DNA of 64,000 bases from an uncultured Chloroflexia bacterium. GTDB taxonomy: Bacteria; Chloroflexota; Limnocylindria; Limnocylindrales; CSP1-4. Positions within the stretch are counted from its first letter, which is position 1, and each line of letters starts with the position of its first letter. Position numbers and translations under genes: made by a program. Location: NCBI GenBank assembly GCA_963749705.1, contig CAVVNQ010000007.1:179135-243134 (forward strand), read 5' to 3'. This document shows, one piece after another, positions 40,060-51,063 of this stretch. The notes under the pieces were generated by a model. That model searched no databases, had not been told where the DNA came from, and saw nothing but the letters and a program-made list of their open reading frames with translations.

Positions 40060-41897
40060 GCAGCCGGACCGGACGGTCGCGGGACCCGCGCGCCGCGGAT
40101 CACCAGCGTGCGCGCGAGCTGGCCGCCCGGGCCGTCGACGAGCCGCTCGCCGGTGCCGATGCCGCGTGGCTGGTGTGGCATCTCGGACGCTGCGCTCCGT
40201 GCCGCGGCGTCGCCGCCGAGTACGACGAGCAGCGGGTGCTCCTGCGCCGGCTGCGTGATGCGGCGCCGCCTCCGCCCCGCGACCTGTGGGCCCGGACGGC
40301 CGCGAGCATCGAGGCCGTCGGGGCACGCCGGGCACCCTGGTACGGCATCCGGGGCCGGCGACGCGTGCCGCTCGCGCCGCTCGCCGGGCTGCTCGTCCTG
40401 GCCGTGGCCGTCGGGGCCGGGCTGCTCAACGGCGGCCCGCTGTTCCCGGGCCAGGGTCCCGCGGGCGGAGCTGCCTCCGGTCCGGCGCCCACGCCGATCG
40501 CGATGACCGCCGGTGTGTTCCAGTTCGTGACCCGCGGCGAGGACGGTGCGCTCGAGCTGTCGACCAGCCGGTACGACGCCGTGTGTCCGGTGGGATCGCA
40601 GGACTGCGGCACGTCGGCGGCCAGCGACACCACCCCGCTGTCGGCGGGCCTCAGCAAGCTGGGCAGCTTCGACGCGGTGATCTCGCCCTCGCAGGATCGG
40701 ATCGTGGTCATGGGCACGAACCCGTCGTCGGGCGGCGTGTTCGTGGTGCCCGTGAACGTCGCGCCGGCCGCGTCGCCGACACCGGCCTCGACGGGCGAGC
40801 CGAGCCTGGACGCCACTCCGCCGCAGGCGTCCGCGAGTGCCTCAGTGGCGCCGTCGCAGCCCGCCACGGAGACACCGACGGCGCCCGTGACGCCCCCGGC
40901 GACCCCGACCGTGACGCCCCCGGCCACCCCGACCGCGACGCCGCCGGCGACCCCGACCGCGACGCCCACGAGGGGAACGCCGTCGCCCGGTGCGGGCGCC
41001 AGCGCGACCCCGTCGCAGAGCCCCGACGCCACCCCCTCGCCGGCCGACACCGCGGGCGCGTCAACGGCGCCATCGCCGACGGCGACGGTGGAGGTCACGC
41101 CCGCCCCCGACGGCGCGCTCGAGATCGCAAGCGGGGTCGTGGTCGTCGGCTCGGCCTCCGCCTACTCACCCGACGGAACGCAGTTCGCGTTCACGGCTCG
41201 GCCTGCCGACGACTCGGCCGGTCCCGATGTCTACGTGTGGCAGACGAGCGAGGCCCTGGCGCACCAGGTCACGCTCGATCACGGATCGCTGCTGGCCGGC
41301 TGGCTGGGTGACCAGCTGCTGGTGAGCCGGCTTGTCGATGGCATTCCGACCACGTGGATCGTCGATCCCGCGACCGGGTCAGAGGAGGCCGTTCCCGCCG
41401 AGCGGATGTGGCGCCCGACCGTCGGTCCGCACCAGCGAACCGGCGTGTGGTGGGATGGCACGGTGACGTCCGCCGAGGACGGGTTCTCGTGGACCCCCGC
41501 CGAGGGACAGCTCGTGCTCGGTGGCTGGCCCGACGGCGCGGGGAGCCAGGTGCTCGAGACCGGCGTGATCCGCGATTGGCAGGTCCGCTGGGACGAGTCG
41601 GGAACCGCGCTCGCCCTGTGGGTGACCGACGGCGAGAGCGGCGATGCCGGTCGCCTGAGCCTGTACCAGGTCGATCCGGTCACCGGTGCGGTCAACCTCG
41701 ACAAGCCGATCCTTGCCGACGCTCCCGCGTTCGCGGGGTTCTCGCTGCGTCATGGGCGGCTTGCCTGGACGGCGCCGGCACCGGACGCGAGCGGCGCCGA
41801 TCCCGAGGACACCACGGTCGAGGTCCTGGCGTGGTCGGGGGAGAGTGTCGGCCACCTCGCGGTGCACGGCCGGCGGGGCGCCATCGTCGTCCGCTGA
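40056..41897 (+). CDS. Zinc-binding anti-sigma factor with TM helix, PT-rich linker and beta-propeller-like extracellular part
   Basis: HLGRCAPC (HxxxCxxC), single TM, TPPATPT repeats, YSPDG; coupled to the sigma gene. Confidence 0.75.
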   Translation: MSSRTGRSRDPRAADHQRARELAARAVDEPLAGADAAWLVWHLGRCAPCRGVAAEYDEQRVLLRRLRDAAPPPPRDLWARTAASIEAVGARRAPWYGIRGRRRVPLAPLAGLLVLAVAVGAGLLNGGPLFPGQGPAGGAASGPAPTPIAMTAGVFQFVTRGEDGALELSTSRYDAVCPVGSQDCGTSAASDTTPLSAGLSKLGSFDAVISPSQDRIVVMGTNPSSGGVFVVPVNVAPAASPTPASTGEPSLDATPPQASASASVAPSQPATETPTAPVTPPATPTVTPPATPTATPPATPTATPTRGTPSPGAGASATPSQSPDATPSPADTAGASTAPSPTATVEVTPAPDGALEIASGVVVVGSASAYSPDGTQFAFTARPADDSAGPDVYVWQTSEALAHQVTLDHGSLLAGWLGDQLLVSRLVDGIPTTWIVDPATGSEEAVPAERMWRPTVGPHQRTGVWWDGTVTSAEDGFSWTPAEGQLVLGGWPDGAGSQVLETGVIRDWQVRWDESGTALALWVTDGESGDAGRLSLYQVDPVTGAVNLDKPILADAPAFAGFSLRHGRLAWTAPAPDASGADPEDTTVEVLAWSGESVGHLAVHGRRGAIVVR

Positions 41898-42013
41898 GCG
41901 CGCGCAAAGCGCCGCACGCCTGAGGCCATCTACCCGGCGACGGAAGCCGCTGCTCGATCGTCGCCGGCCCACGACCAGCACGGATGGGCCGGCTGGGGTA
42001 CCGTGTGCGACTC

Positions 42014-42568
42014 ATGCGACGCAAATTGGTCGTCGCGGCCGCGGCGCTCATCGCCGCGTTCGCCCTGGCTGGTTTGCCGGCTCCCGTGGGATCGAGGACA
42101 TCCTCGACCGACCGGGCGGTGGAGCTGGCGGCCTTTTCGACCTTCAACCTCCACGGGACCGGCGCCTCGACTCAGGGAGCCCCGGGCGTACCTGCCCCTG
42201 CGCGGCGTTCCGCGGGGTTCCTGTCCGCGTCCGACGCGCTCGTCGAGCCCGGCAGCACGCCCCCGCCGCCGCCGGTCCGCCCGGTCATCAAGCAGCCCTC
42301 GACGTCGCCGAGCAGCGCGTGGAAGACGCCGAAGTACACGATGTCGGGCTACGCGACGTTCTACGACAACGGGACCACCGCGATGCGCCTGCCGCGCGGG
42401 ACCGTCGTGCGGATCTGCGGCAACGGCGGCTGCATCGAGCGCACCGTGACCGACTACGGGCCGGTCAAGCCGATCAGGATCGTGGACATGTACCGCCCCG
42501 ACTTCTTCCAGATCTGCGGCTGCGGGTGGTACGCCGGCACGACCTGGGTCACGGTCTCGATCTACTGA
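42014..42568 (+). CDS. Secreted RlpA-like/DPBB domain protein
   Basis: Signal peptide; GYATFY..LPRGTVVRIC..TVTDYGP..IVDM. Confidence 0.65.
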   Translation: MRRKLVVAAAALIAAFALAGLPAPVGSRTSSTDRAVELAAFSTFNLHGTGASTQGAPGVPAPARRSAGFLSASDALVEPGSTPPPPPVRPVIKQPSTSPSSAWKTPKYTMSGYATFYDNGTTAMRLPRGTVVRICGNGGCIERTVTDYGPVKPIRIVDMYRPDFFQICGCGWYAGTTWVTVSIY

Positions 42569-42620
42569 CGCCGCGCGCTCCGGAGACGCGGGCCGCGCGG
42601 GCCCGGTCGCGCTAGACTGA

Positions 42621-44295
<1,675 letters not shown>

Positions 44296-44299
<4 letters not shown>

Positions 44300-45726
44300 G
44301 CACGGACGCGACGGGGGCGGGGGAGCGCGCTCGCGGCGAGGTCGCCGACGGCCGCACGCTCCGGGGCTGGGCGGTGGATCCCGCAGCCGGGCGCGAGGGC
44401 GCGGCCGAGGTCGTGGTCACCGGCGGGCGGATCGAGCGGCTGACCTGGCTCACCGGGGCGGCGGCGGACGGGATCGGCCCGGAGGGCACGTTGATCGTGC
44501 CCGGCTTCGTGGACCTCCATGCGCACTTCCGGGAGCCCGGCAACGAGGATGCGGAGACGATCGCCAGCGGCGTCGTGGCGGCGGCGCACGGCGGGTTCAC
44601 GACGGTGTGCCTGATGCCCAACACGACGCCGGCGACGGACGATCCGGCGGTGGTCGCGCGCGTCCGGGCGGCCGCCGGGGCATCGGGGTCGCCGGTCCGG
44701 GTGCTCGTCCACGGGGCGGTCACGACCGGGCGGCAGGGTGACACCCTGGCGCCGCTGGGCGAGCTCGCCGACGCCGGGGTGGCCGGGTTCTCCGACGACG
44801 GATCGCCCGTTCGATCGGCCGCGATGCTCCGCAACGCGCTCCTGTACGCGGGCGCGCTGGGGCTGCCGATCATCGATCACCCGGAAGACCCGACGCTGAC
44901 CGAGGGAGCCGAGGCGTCCGAGGGCTATGTGGCCACGGTGCTCGGGCTCCGGGGCTGGCCCGTGGCGGCCGAGGCCGGTGCCGTCGCCCGGGCGATTGCG
45001 ATCCTGGGCGACGTCATTCGCGACGAGCCTCGCGCGCGCCTCCACCTGACCCATGTCTCCACGGCCGCCGCGCTGGCCCATGTCCGCGCGGCGAAGGCGG
45101 CGGGGCTCCCGGTCACCTGCGACGTGACGCCCCACCACATCGGCTTCACGGACGAGTGGATCGCGGGCGCGCGCCGGTGGGCCTGGGAGGCGCTGGACGA
45201 TGCCGGCGGTGCGCGCGACCCGTGGACCGACGGCTCGCTGGTGGCCCCGGCGTACGACCCGGCACTGCGCGTCAACCCGCCGCTCCGCCCGGCCGCCGAC
45301 GCTGCCGCGTGCCTGGCCGCGCTCCGGGACGGGACCGCGGATGCGATCGCGACCGACCATGCGCCGCACACCGAGGTCGACAAGCACGTGGAGTTCGGGC
45401 TGGCGGCCAACGGGATCAGCGGGCTCGAGACGGCGTTCGGGATCGTGCTCGCGGCCGTCGAGTCCGGCGGCCTGCCGCTGGCGCGGGCGATCGAGGTGCT
45501 GACCACCGGTCCGGCGCGCGTCCTCGGGGAGCGGCTTGACCACGCGCCCGGGCTCCGGGTGGGGGAGCCGGCGGATCTCGTGGTCATCGACCGCGAGGCG
45601 TCGTGGACGGTGTCGCCGGACACGCTGCGGTCGAAGGGCCAGAACACGCCGCTGCTGGGTCGCGAGCTGCGCGGCGTCGTCCGCCTGACGATCGCGGCCG
45701 GCCGGATCGCCTACGACGCCGGCTGA
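44296..45726 (+). CDS. pyrC: Dihydroorotase
   Basis: DLHAHFREPG, GGFTTVCLMPNT, VTPHH, NPPLR, IATDHAPH. Confidence 0.95.
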
Positions 45727-46781
45727 CCGCTCGCGCTCCGGGCGAGCACCGCCCCCGTGACGTCGTCGACGACCACCCAGGTGAGCCGCGGCGTCGCGTG
45801 CCCGAATGGATAGCCGATGGCGTCGTAGCCCGTCTCGAGGCCGCGCACGTACCACACCAGCCCGGCCGGCGGCGGCACCGCGGTGAGCGCGGCTCCCGCC
45901 GCCGGATCGAGGCGCGGCACCGTGGCGGGCCGGACCAGGGAGACGGCCAGGATCGTCCCCGCCCAGCCGATCGCCGCGACCTCCGCGACGCGCTCGTTGC
46001 GCAGGATCCATTCGTCGGGCTGGCTGTCGAGGCCCGTATCCAGGGTGGGCGGGGCACTGAAGGTCGCGCCATCGGCCCACGCGATCCCGTACGCGAGGAA
46101 GCGAGCGTCGCACGGGTCGTCCGGCTGACCGCAGCCCGCGGGCGCCGTCTCGAACGCCCCGATCACGACCACCGGGATCGGGGCGCCCCGGGCAGCGGCC
46201 GTCGTGCGGTCGATGCCGGCGGGGAGGGTGACGCCGACCGGAAATCGGGGATGGACGTGGGGCCCGAGGCCGGCGAACACGGCGCCGCCCGAGAACGACC
46301 AGGGGGCCTGTGCCAGGACACCGACCCGCTCGCAGGCCGGTCCGAGCAGCCCGAGCAGCCCGCCGTCGCAGGTGGCCGGCGGGTACAGGACGCCGAGGTA
46401 TCCGGCGACCGCGAGCGGGCGCCCCAGGGCATCATCGTCGCGCAACGCGAGGGCCTCGACGACGGTGTGCACACCGAGGCCGGCGACCACGGTCGGGAAA
46501 CGGGTCGAGCCGTCGGTCTCGACGATGCGGGCGGTGGGCGGCCGCGCGGTCACGGCCGGGCCCGGGTCGCTGGTGGGCGGATCACCTTCGGCACCGCGGC
46601 CTGGCTCTGACGTCGCCCCGGCGTCCCCGTTGCGAGTCGGAGCCATGGCTCCACCGAGCAGACCGCCCCCCGCGATGACGGCCAGCAGGGCGACCGGGGC
46701 GACCACGGCCGCGAGGTGCGCGAGGCGGCGGCGGGGCGTGCGCGGGGTGGTGGGGACGGGCTCGATGATCATCGGCTGCAC
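45711..46781 (-). CDS. Hypothetical single-TM exported protein with Cys pairs
   Basis: N-terminal TM, then domain with C-x10-C and C-x6-C pairs. Confidence 0.55.
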   Translation of the reverse strand: MQPMIIEPVPTTPRTPRRRLAHLAAVVAPVALLAVIAGGGLLGGAMAPTRNGDAGATSEPGRGAEGDPPTSDPGPAVTARPPTARIVETDGSTRFPTVVAGLGVHTVVEALALRDDDALGRPLAVAGYLGVLYPPATCDGGLLGLLGPACERVGVLAQAPWSFSGGAVFAGLGPHVHPRFPVGVTLPAGIDRTTAAARGAPIPVVVIGAFETAPAGCGQPDDPCDARFLAYGIAWADGATFSAPPTLDTGLDSQPDEWILRNERVAEVAAIGWAGTILAVSLVRPATVPRLDPAAGAALTAVPPPAGLVWYVRGLETGYDAIGYPFGHATPRLTWVVVDDVTGAVLARSASGQPAS

Positions 46782-46850
46782 ACCAGCGTACGCGGCATGG
46801 GAACGGCCGGATCCCCTGGCACCGGCGCCCCGGCGGCGTCGAGGAGCGGC

Positions 46851-47360
46851 TCAGGGACCGGGCGACCGCGCGGGTCCTGGCGCCGGGTCAGCCTCGTCGT
46901 GGGCACCCTCCGACACGGGTTCCGACCCGGCCTCCGACACGGGCGCCGACCCGGGTTCGTCGCCGGCGGCCGGTTCGGTGCCACGGTCTCGCGGCGCCTG
47001 ACACGCGTAGCACTCGCTCCGGTCCGATGCATTGTCGGCGTCGCAGATCGAGCACCGCCACCAGCCCGCGGCGGCGCGCGTGCGGCGGGCGTCCGCCGTC
47101 TTCCCGCGGCCGGACACCACGACGACGATGCCCACGATCAGGAGCGTCAAGCCGGCGACGAGCAGGGCCACGATGTACGGCAGCAGCGGATCGCCGAGCA
47201 CGGGATCGGTGGCGGAGCTCCCGGAGGTGCCGCGGCCTGCCCCGAGGATCGGCGACGCGGAGACGAGCAGTGCCGATGGCGCGGCGGCGAGCGAGCGCAG
47301 ATGGCGCCCAGCGCCGTTACCAATCGGGCGCGCGCGGATGCCGCACGACCTGGTGGTCAC
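46851..47360 (-). CDS. Small membrane protein with RanBP2-type zinc finger
   Basis: TM helix then WRCSICDADNASDRSECYAC; GTG overlaps decarboxylase TGA. Confidence 0.6.
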   Translation of the reverse strand: MTTRSCGIRARPIGNGAGRHLRSLAAAPSALLVSASPILGAGRGTSGSSATDPVLGDPLLPYIVALLVAGLTLLIVGIVVVVSGRGKTADARRTRAAAGWWRCSICDADNASDRSECYACQAPRDRGTEPAAGDEPGSAPVSEAGSEPVSEGAHDEADPAPGPARSPGP

Positions 47361-49000
47361 GACGCCGCGAGGCTCCGGAGCGTGGCCAGCAGCCGGTCGA
47401 TGTCGCGCTCGGTCGTGAGGTAGTTCACGATCCCGGCGCGCAGCCAGGTGGCGCCGCGGATGGTCGTGGTCGAGAGCCATCCATCGCCCGACGCCTCGAG
47501 CGCGGCAGCCAGGCGATCCTGGTGTGCATCGAGCTCGGCCGCCGGGAGCGTGTGCGCCGTCGCGGCGCCGCCGGGCAGGTGGCGGAAGCAGACCACCGAC
47601 AGCTCCGGCTCGGCGGGCTCGGCCTCGAGGTCGTCGGCCTCGGCGCAGCGCATCGCGAGGTAGGCGGCGAGGTCGTCATTGGCCTCGACGAGGCGGCCCA
47701 GCCCGGCCGTGCCCAGGTGCTTCCAGCTCATCCACAGCTTGAGCGCCCGGAACCGTCGGGTGCCCTCGAAGCCGAGCTTGTAGAAGTTGAGCTGGCCCGC
47801 GTGGGCGTCCTGGTGGGCGGCGTCGCCCTCGCCCGCCGGATCGGCGTTCGCGGTCGCGCCGATCGCCGGATCGGCGCCACCGGTTGCGCCCGTGCCGCCC
47901 TCGCCGCCGCGGTAGTACTCCGGCGCCCGGTCGAACGTCCGCCGGAGATCGGGCCCGTCGCGGACGAGCAGCGTGCCCAGGTCGTACGCCTGGAAGAACC
48001 ACTTGTGCGGGTCGATCGTGACCGAATCGGCGAGCTCCAGGCCGGGCACGCGATCCCGGTCCCGGGCCGACAGCCGGGCCGCGCCACCGTACGCGGCGTC
48101 CACGTGGAGCCACAGGCCCTCGGCCCGGGCCAGCCCGGCCAGCTCCTCGACGAGATCGACGGACCCCGTGTTCGTCGACCCGGCGACCGCAGCGATGGCC
48201 ACCGGCCTGAGGCCCGAGGCACGATCGCGCGCGATCGCCGCCGCGACCGGTGCCGCGTGCAGGCGAAACCGGTCATCGGCCGGCAGCACGACCAGCGTCT
48301 CGGGCGGAAAGCCGAGCTCGTCGAGCGCACGCGCGATCGAGAAGTGGGTCTGGTCGCTGGTGTAGACCCGAACGCCCTCCAGCGCAGCGCCCCGCGGCGG
48401 CCGCGCCAGCCCGACCAGGCGGCGGAGATGCACGTCGCGGACGAGGGCCATCGCGATGAAGTTGGCCATCACGCCGCCCGAGGTCATCAGCCCGAAGCTG
48501 CCCTCGCCATAGCCCACGAGGTCACACAGCCAGCGGACGACCTCCTCCTCGACGAACGCACCGACCGGGCCGGCGTGCCAGACGTCCACCCCCTGGTTCG
48601 TCCACTGGGCCAGCACCTCGCCCGCGATCGATGCGACCAGCGGCGGCGGGGTGAAGTAGCTGAGCGCGCGCGGGTGGTAGCTGTTGAGCGTGTGGGGCGC
48701 GATCCTGGTCCGGAACTCGTCGAGGACGTCGGCCAGCGGGTGCGGGTCGTCGGGTGCCGGACCCGGGCCCAGGCGATCGCCGAAGAACTCGCGCCTGAGC
48801 TCCGCGTAGCCGACGGGCTCGCCCATGGCGCGCCGCATCGCCTCGTCGTACAGCCAGTCGAGCGCCGCGCGCCAGGTTGCCCGTCCCGCGGTCTCGAGGG
48901 CGGCCCGGGACGCCGCGGCGTCGCGAATGCCGATCAGCTCCGGCTCGGGGTGCCAGCGGAACGGGGCGAGGGGATCGTCCGTCGCTTCGGGATCGTCCAT
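47357..49000 (-). CDS. PLP-dependent group II amino acid decarboxylase
   Basis: TSGGVMAN, HFSI, AGSTNTGSVD, WLHVDAAYGG, DPHKW (PLP Lys), RALKLW. Confidence 0.92.
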   Translation of the reverse strand: MDDPEATDDPLAPFRWHPEPELIGIRDAAASRAALETAGRATWRAALDWLYDEAMRRAMGEPVGYAELRREFFGDRLGPGPAPDDPHPLADVLDEFRTRIAPHTLNSYHPRALSYFTPPPLVASIAGEVLAQWTNQGVDVWHAGPVGAFVEEEVVRWLCDLVGYGEGSFGLMTSGGVMANFIAMALVRDVHLRRLVGLARPPRGAALEGVRVYTSDQTHFSIARALDELGFPPETLVVLPADDRFRLHAAPVAAAIARDRASGLRPVAIAAVAGSTNTGSVDLVEELAGLARAEGLWLHVDAAYGGAARLSARDRDRVPGLELADSVTIDPHKWFFQAYDLGTLLVRDGPDLRRTFDRAPEYYRGGEGGTGATGGADPAIGATANADPAGEGDAAHQDAHAGQLNFYKLGFEGTRRFRALKLWMSWKHLGTAGLGRLVEANDDLAAYLAMRCAEADDLEAEPAEPELSVVCFRHLPGGAATAHTLPAAELDAHQDRLAAALEASGDGWLSTTTIRGATWLRAGIVNYLTTERDIDRLLATLRSLAAS

Positions 49001-49067
49001 CGCCGCGAATGGTAGGGCCCCGCGAGGGTCGGGCGGGCGGATCGGCCGCGTCTCGCGCGCGACCCGC

Positions 49068-49218
49068 CATCGCTGCCGGCGATCACTTTCGCGCTGAACG
49101 GATCTGCCACCGTGCGTTCGAAGCCGGGTGATCGCCCGGGGCGATTGACGCGAGCCGGGGAACGACCCTGAGCCGCGCTGGCGGACCTCGACGCGAAATG
49201 TGATCGCTGCCAGCGATG
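49068..49218. repeat. About 150-bp intergenic element with long terminal inverted repeats (MITE/REP-like)
   Basis: CATCGCTGCCGGCGATCACTTTCGCG vs CGCGAAATGTGATCGCTGCCAGCGATG. Confidence 0.6.
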
Positions 49219-49272
49219 ATCCGCGACTGAGCGAGGCCGCGCCGCCACCGGAACGGCGATACATTGGGCTCC

Positions 49273-49704
49273 ATGACCTCCCCCGATCGTCCGACGTCGG
49301 TTCGACCTGTCGAGTACAAGGGCGAGCCGCTCGACGCCGAGCGCGGCCCGGGGCTCGGCTGCTTCCGGTTCCAGCTCGTGCTGCTGCTGGTGCTCGTCGT
49401 CCTGACGCCGCTGTCGGTGGTCTGGGACTGGGCGCCCGCGGTGAGCGCGGGGCTGCTGATCCTGACCCTGATCCTGCTGCTGTTCGCCGGGCAGACCGTG
49501 ATCTTCCTGCTGCGCCTGGTCGCCGCCGATCGCCGCGAGGGTCGTCGCCGCCCGCTGGACAGTGCGACGCCGACCGTCGGCGAGCTCGAGGACGCACCCG
49601 CGGAGGACGCCGCCGGGACGTCAGCGCAGCCCGGCGAGGCAGACGCCCTGAACCCGGCCGCGCCCGATGACCTCGGGTCGCGCGACGCCGGCATGCGAGA
49701 ATAG
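49273..49704 (+). CDS. Hypothetical membrane protein (2 TM)
   Basis: VEYKGEPLDAERGPGLGCFRFQ then two hydrophobic helices; TACATT-N7-ATG. Confidence 0.7.
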   Translation: MTSPDRPTSVRPVEYKGEPLDAERGPGLGCFRFQLVLLLVLVVLTPLSVVWDWAPAVSAGLLILTLILLLFAGQTVIFLLRLVAADRREGRRRPLDSATPTVGELEDAPAEDAAGTSAQPGEADALNPAAPDDLGSRDAGMRE

Positions 49705-49744
49705 GCCGCGTCTCATCCAGCGTTCCCAGGAGGCAGCTCGCCAA

Positions 49745-50071
49745 GTGCCCGTTCTCGCGACGTTCTTCTCGGTTCGACGCGGTCGAGATCCGTTCTTCAA
49801 GTTCTTCATGAAGACGGTCTTCCCGCGCCAGGTGAAGGACTACGAGGACAAGTTCGGGATCCGGTTCCTGGGCTGGTACAACGTCGCGCACGGCTGGGAC
49901 TTCGACAACGTGATCCTGCTCGACCTGCCGGACTACGGCACGCTCGACCGCCTCGAGGCGGACGAGGCGACGCGCGCGCTCGGCCACCGGGCCGGGGAAT
50001 GGCTGTTCGAGCGCCATCACTCGATGTTCCTCCGAGAGCGGCTCGGAACTGATCTCGAATACCACGGCTGA
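49745..50071 (+). CDS. Conserved hypothetical protein (possible dimeric alpha/beta barrel, NIPSNAP/GYD-like)
   Basis: AGGAGG RBS; strong codon bias; GIRFLGWY..DNVILLDLPDY. Confidence 0.7.
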   Translation: MPVLATFFSVRRGRDPFFKFFMKTVFPRQVKDYEDKFGIRFLGWYNVAHGWDFDNVILLDLPDYGTLDRLEADEATRALGHRAGEWLFERHHSMFLRERLGTDLEYHG

Positions 50072-50084
50072 AGGAGGCGCTCGA

Positions 50085-51023
50085 ATGGACGTAGGTCGCA
50101 ACGACATGCTCGGCGAGCTCGCCAGCGACGCCGCGCTCGAGCGGACGGACTTCATCGTCCAGGCCACCGAGCAGCTCAGCAAGTTCCTGGATCGCAACAA
50201 GGACCGGATCTCGCAGCTCGGCGGCCTGACCCTGATCGACGACGACCCCGACTACCTGTCGGTCGCCCCGGATCTCACCTTCCGCGTCCGCAGCCGGTAC
50301 GAGGATCCGGACACGGGCGAGTGGATGTCCGAGACCGAGATCGTCGAGTCGCCCTCGGAGCTGGTCGAGCTGTACAACCCGGCCGAGGTCTACCAGGCGT
50401 TCGCCGAGGCCGCGCGCGAGGCCGCCGGCTTTGACAAGCAGCCCACGGCGGCCGACGACCTCATGCGGACCGCCGGGATCCCGCCCGAGGAGACGTTCGG
50501 GCTTGACGAGGCGGCGTACGCGGGTGCCGCGGACGAGTGGGCCGCGACCCAGCCCCCGGTCGCCGAGGCTGACGACGAGGAATCGGCAGCGCGAGCGCTG
50601 TACGACCTCGCCCTTGACTTCCAGGAGCGCAGCCAGCAGAACGAGGCACGGCTGCTCGAGCAGTTCGAGGAGGCTTCGGCCAAGCTCACGGTGCAGCTCG
50701 GCGACCTGATCATCGTCGACGACGAGGATGAGCGCCTGGTGCTCGGGTCGTCCGGCCGGTTCCGGGCGGAGGTGCTCCCCGAGGACGGCGACGGCGAGTG
50801 GCGCGAGCTCTCGGCCGCCGACGACCTGGTCGAGTTCTACGACCCGACCGACGTGTTCGGCGATCTCGCCGACGCGCTCGCCGAGGCCTTCCCCGCGGTC
50901 GCGCCCGAGTCCGAGGACGAGGGCGAGGACGAGGATGGCGAGGAATCCGACGAGGAGACGGACGAGGACGCCGGCGACGAGGACGGTGACGACGACGCGG
51001 CCGGCGAGGACCCGCAGCCCTAG
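50085..51023 (+). CDS. Highly acidic hypothetical protein with an internal duplicated domain
   Basis: AAGGAGG RBS; two repeats ending ELVELYNPAEV / DLVEFYDPTDV; D/E tail. Confidence 0.8.
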   Translation: MDVGRNDMLGELASDAALERTDFIVQATEQLSKFLDRNKDRISQLGGLTLIDDDPDYLSVAPDLTFRVRSRYEDPDTGEWMSETEIVESPSELVELYNPAEVYQAFAEAAREAAGFDKQPTAADDLMRTAGIPPEETFGLDEAAYAGAADEWAATQPPVAEADDEESAARALYDLALDFQERSQQNEARLLEQFEEASAKLTVQLGDLIIVDDEDERLVLGSSGRFRAEVLPEDGDGEWRELSAADDLVEFYDPTDVFGDLADALAEAFPAVAPESEDEGEDEDGEESDEETDEDAGDEDGDDDAAGEDPQP

Positions 51024-51063
51024 CGGCGGGCGACCTCCGCCGTCGATCGCGCGCCCGCAGCCG

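Noticed and set aside
41900-41990. c-di-GMP-I riboswitch upstream of the RlpA-like gene (GCGCAAAGC)
   Set aside because: No GGCAAAC..GNRA P1 stem; match too short
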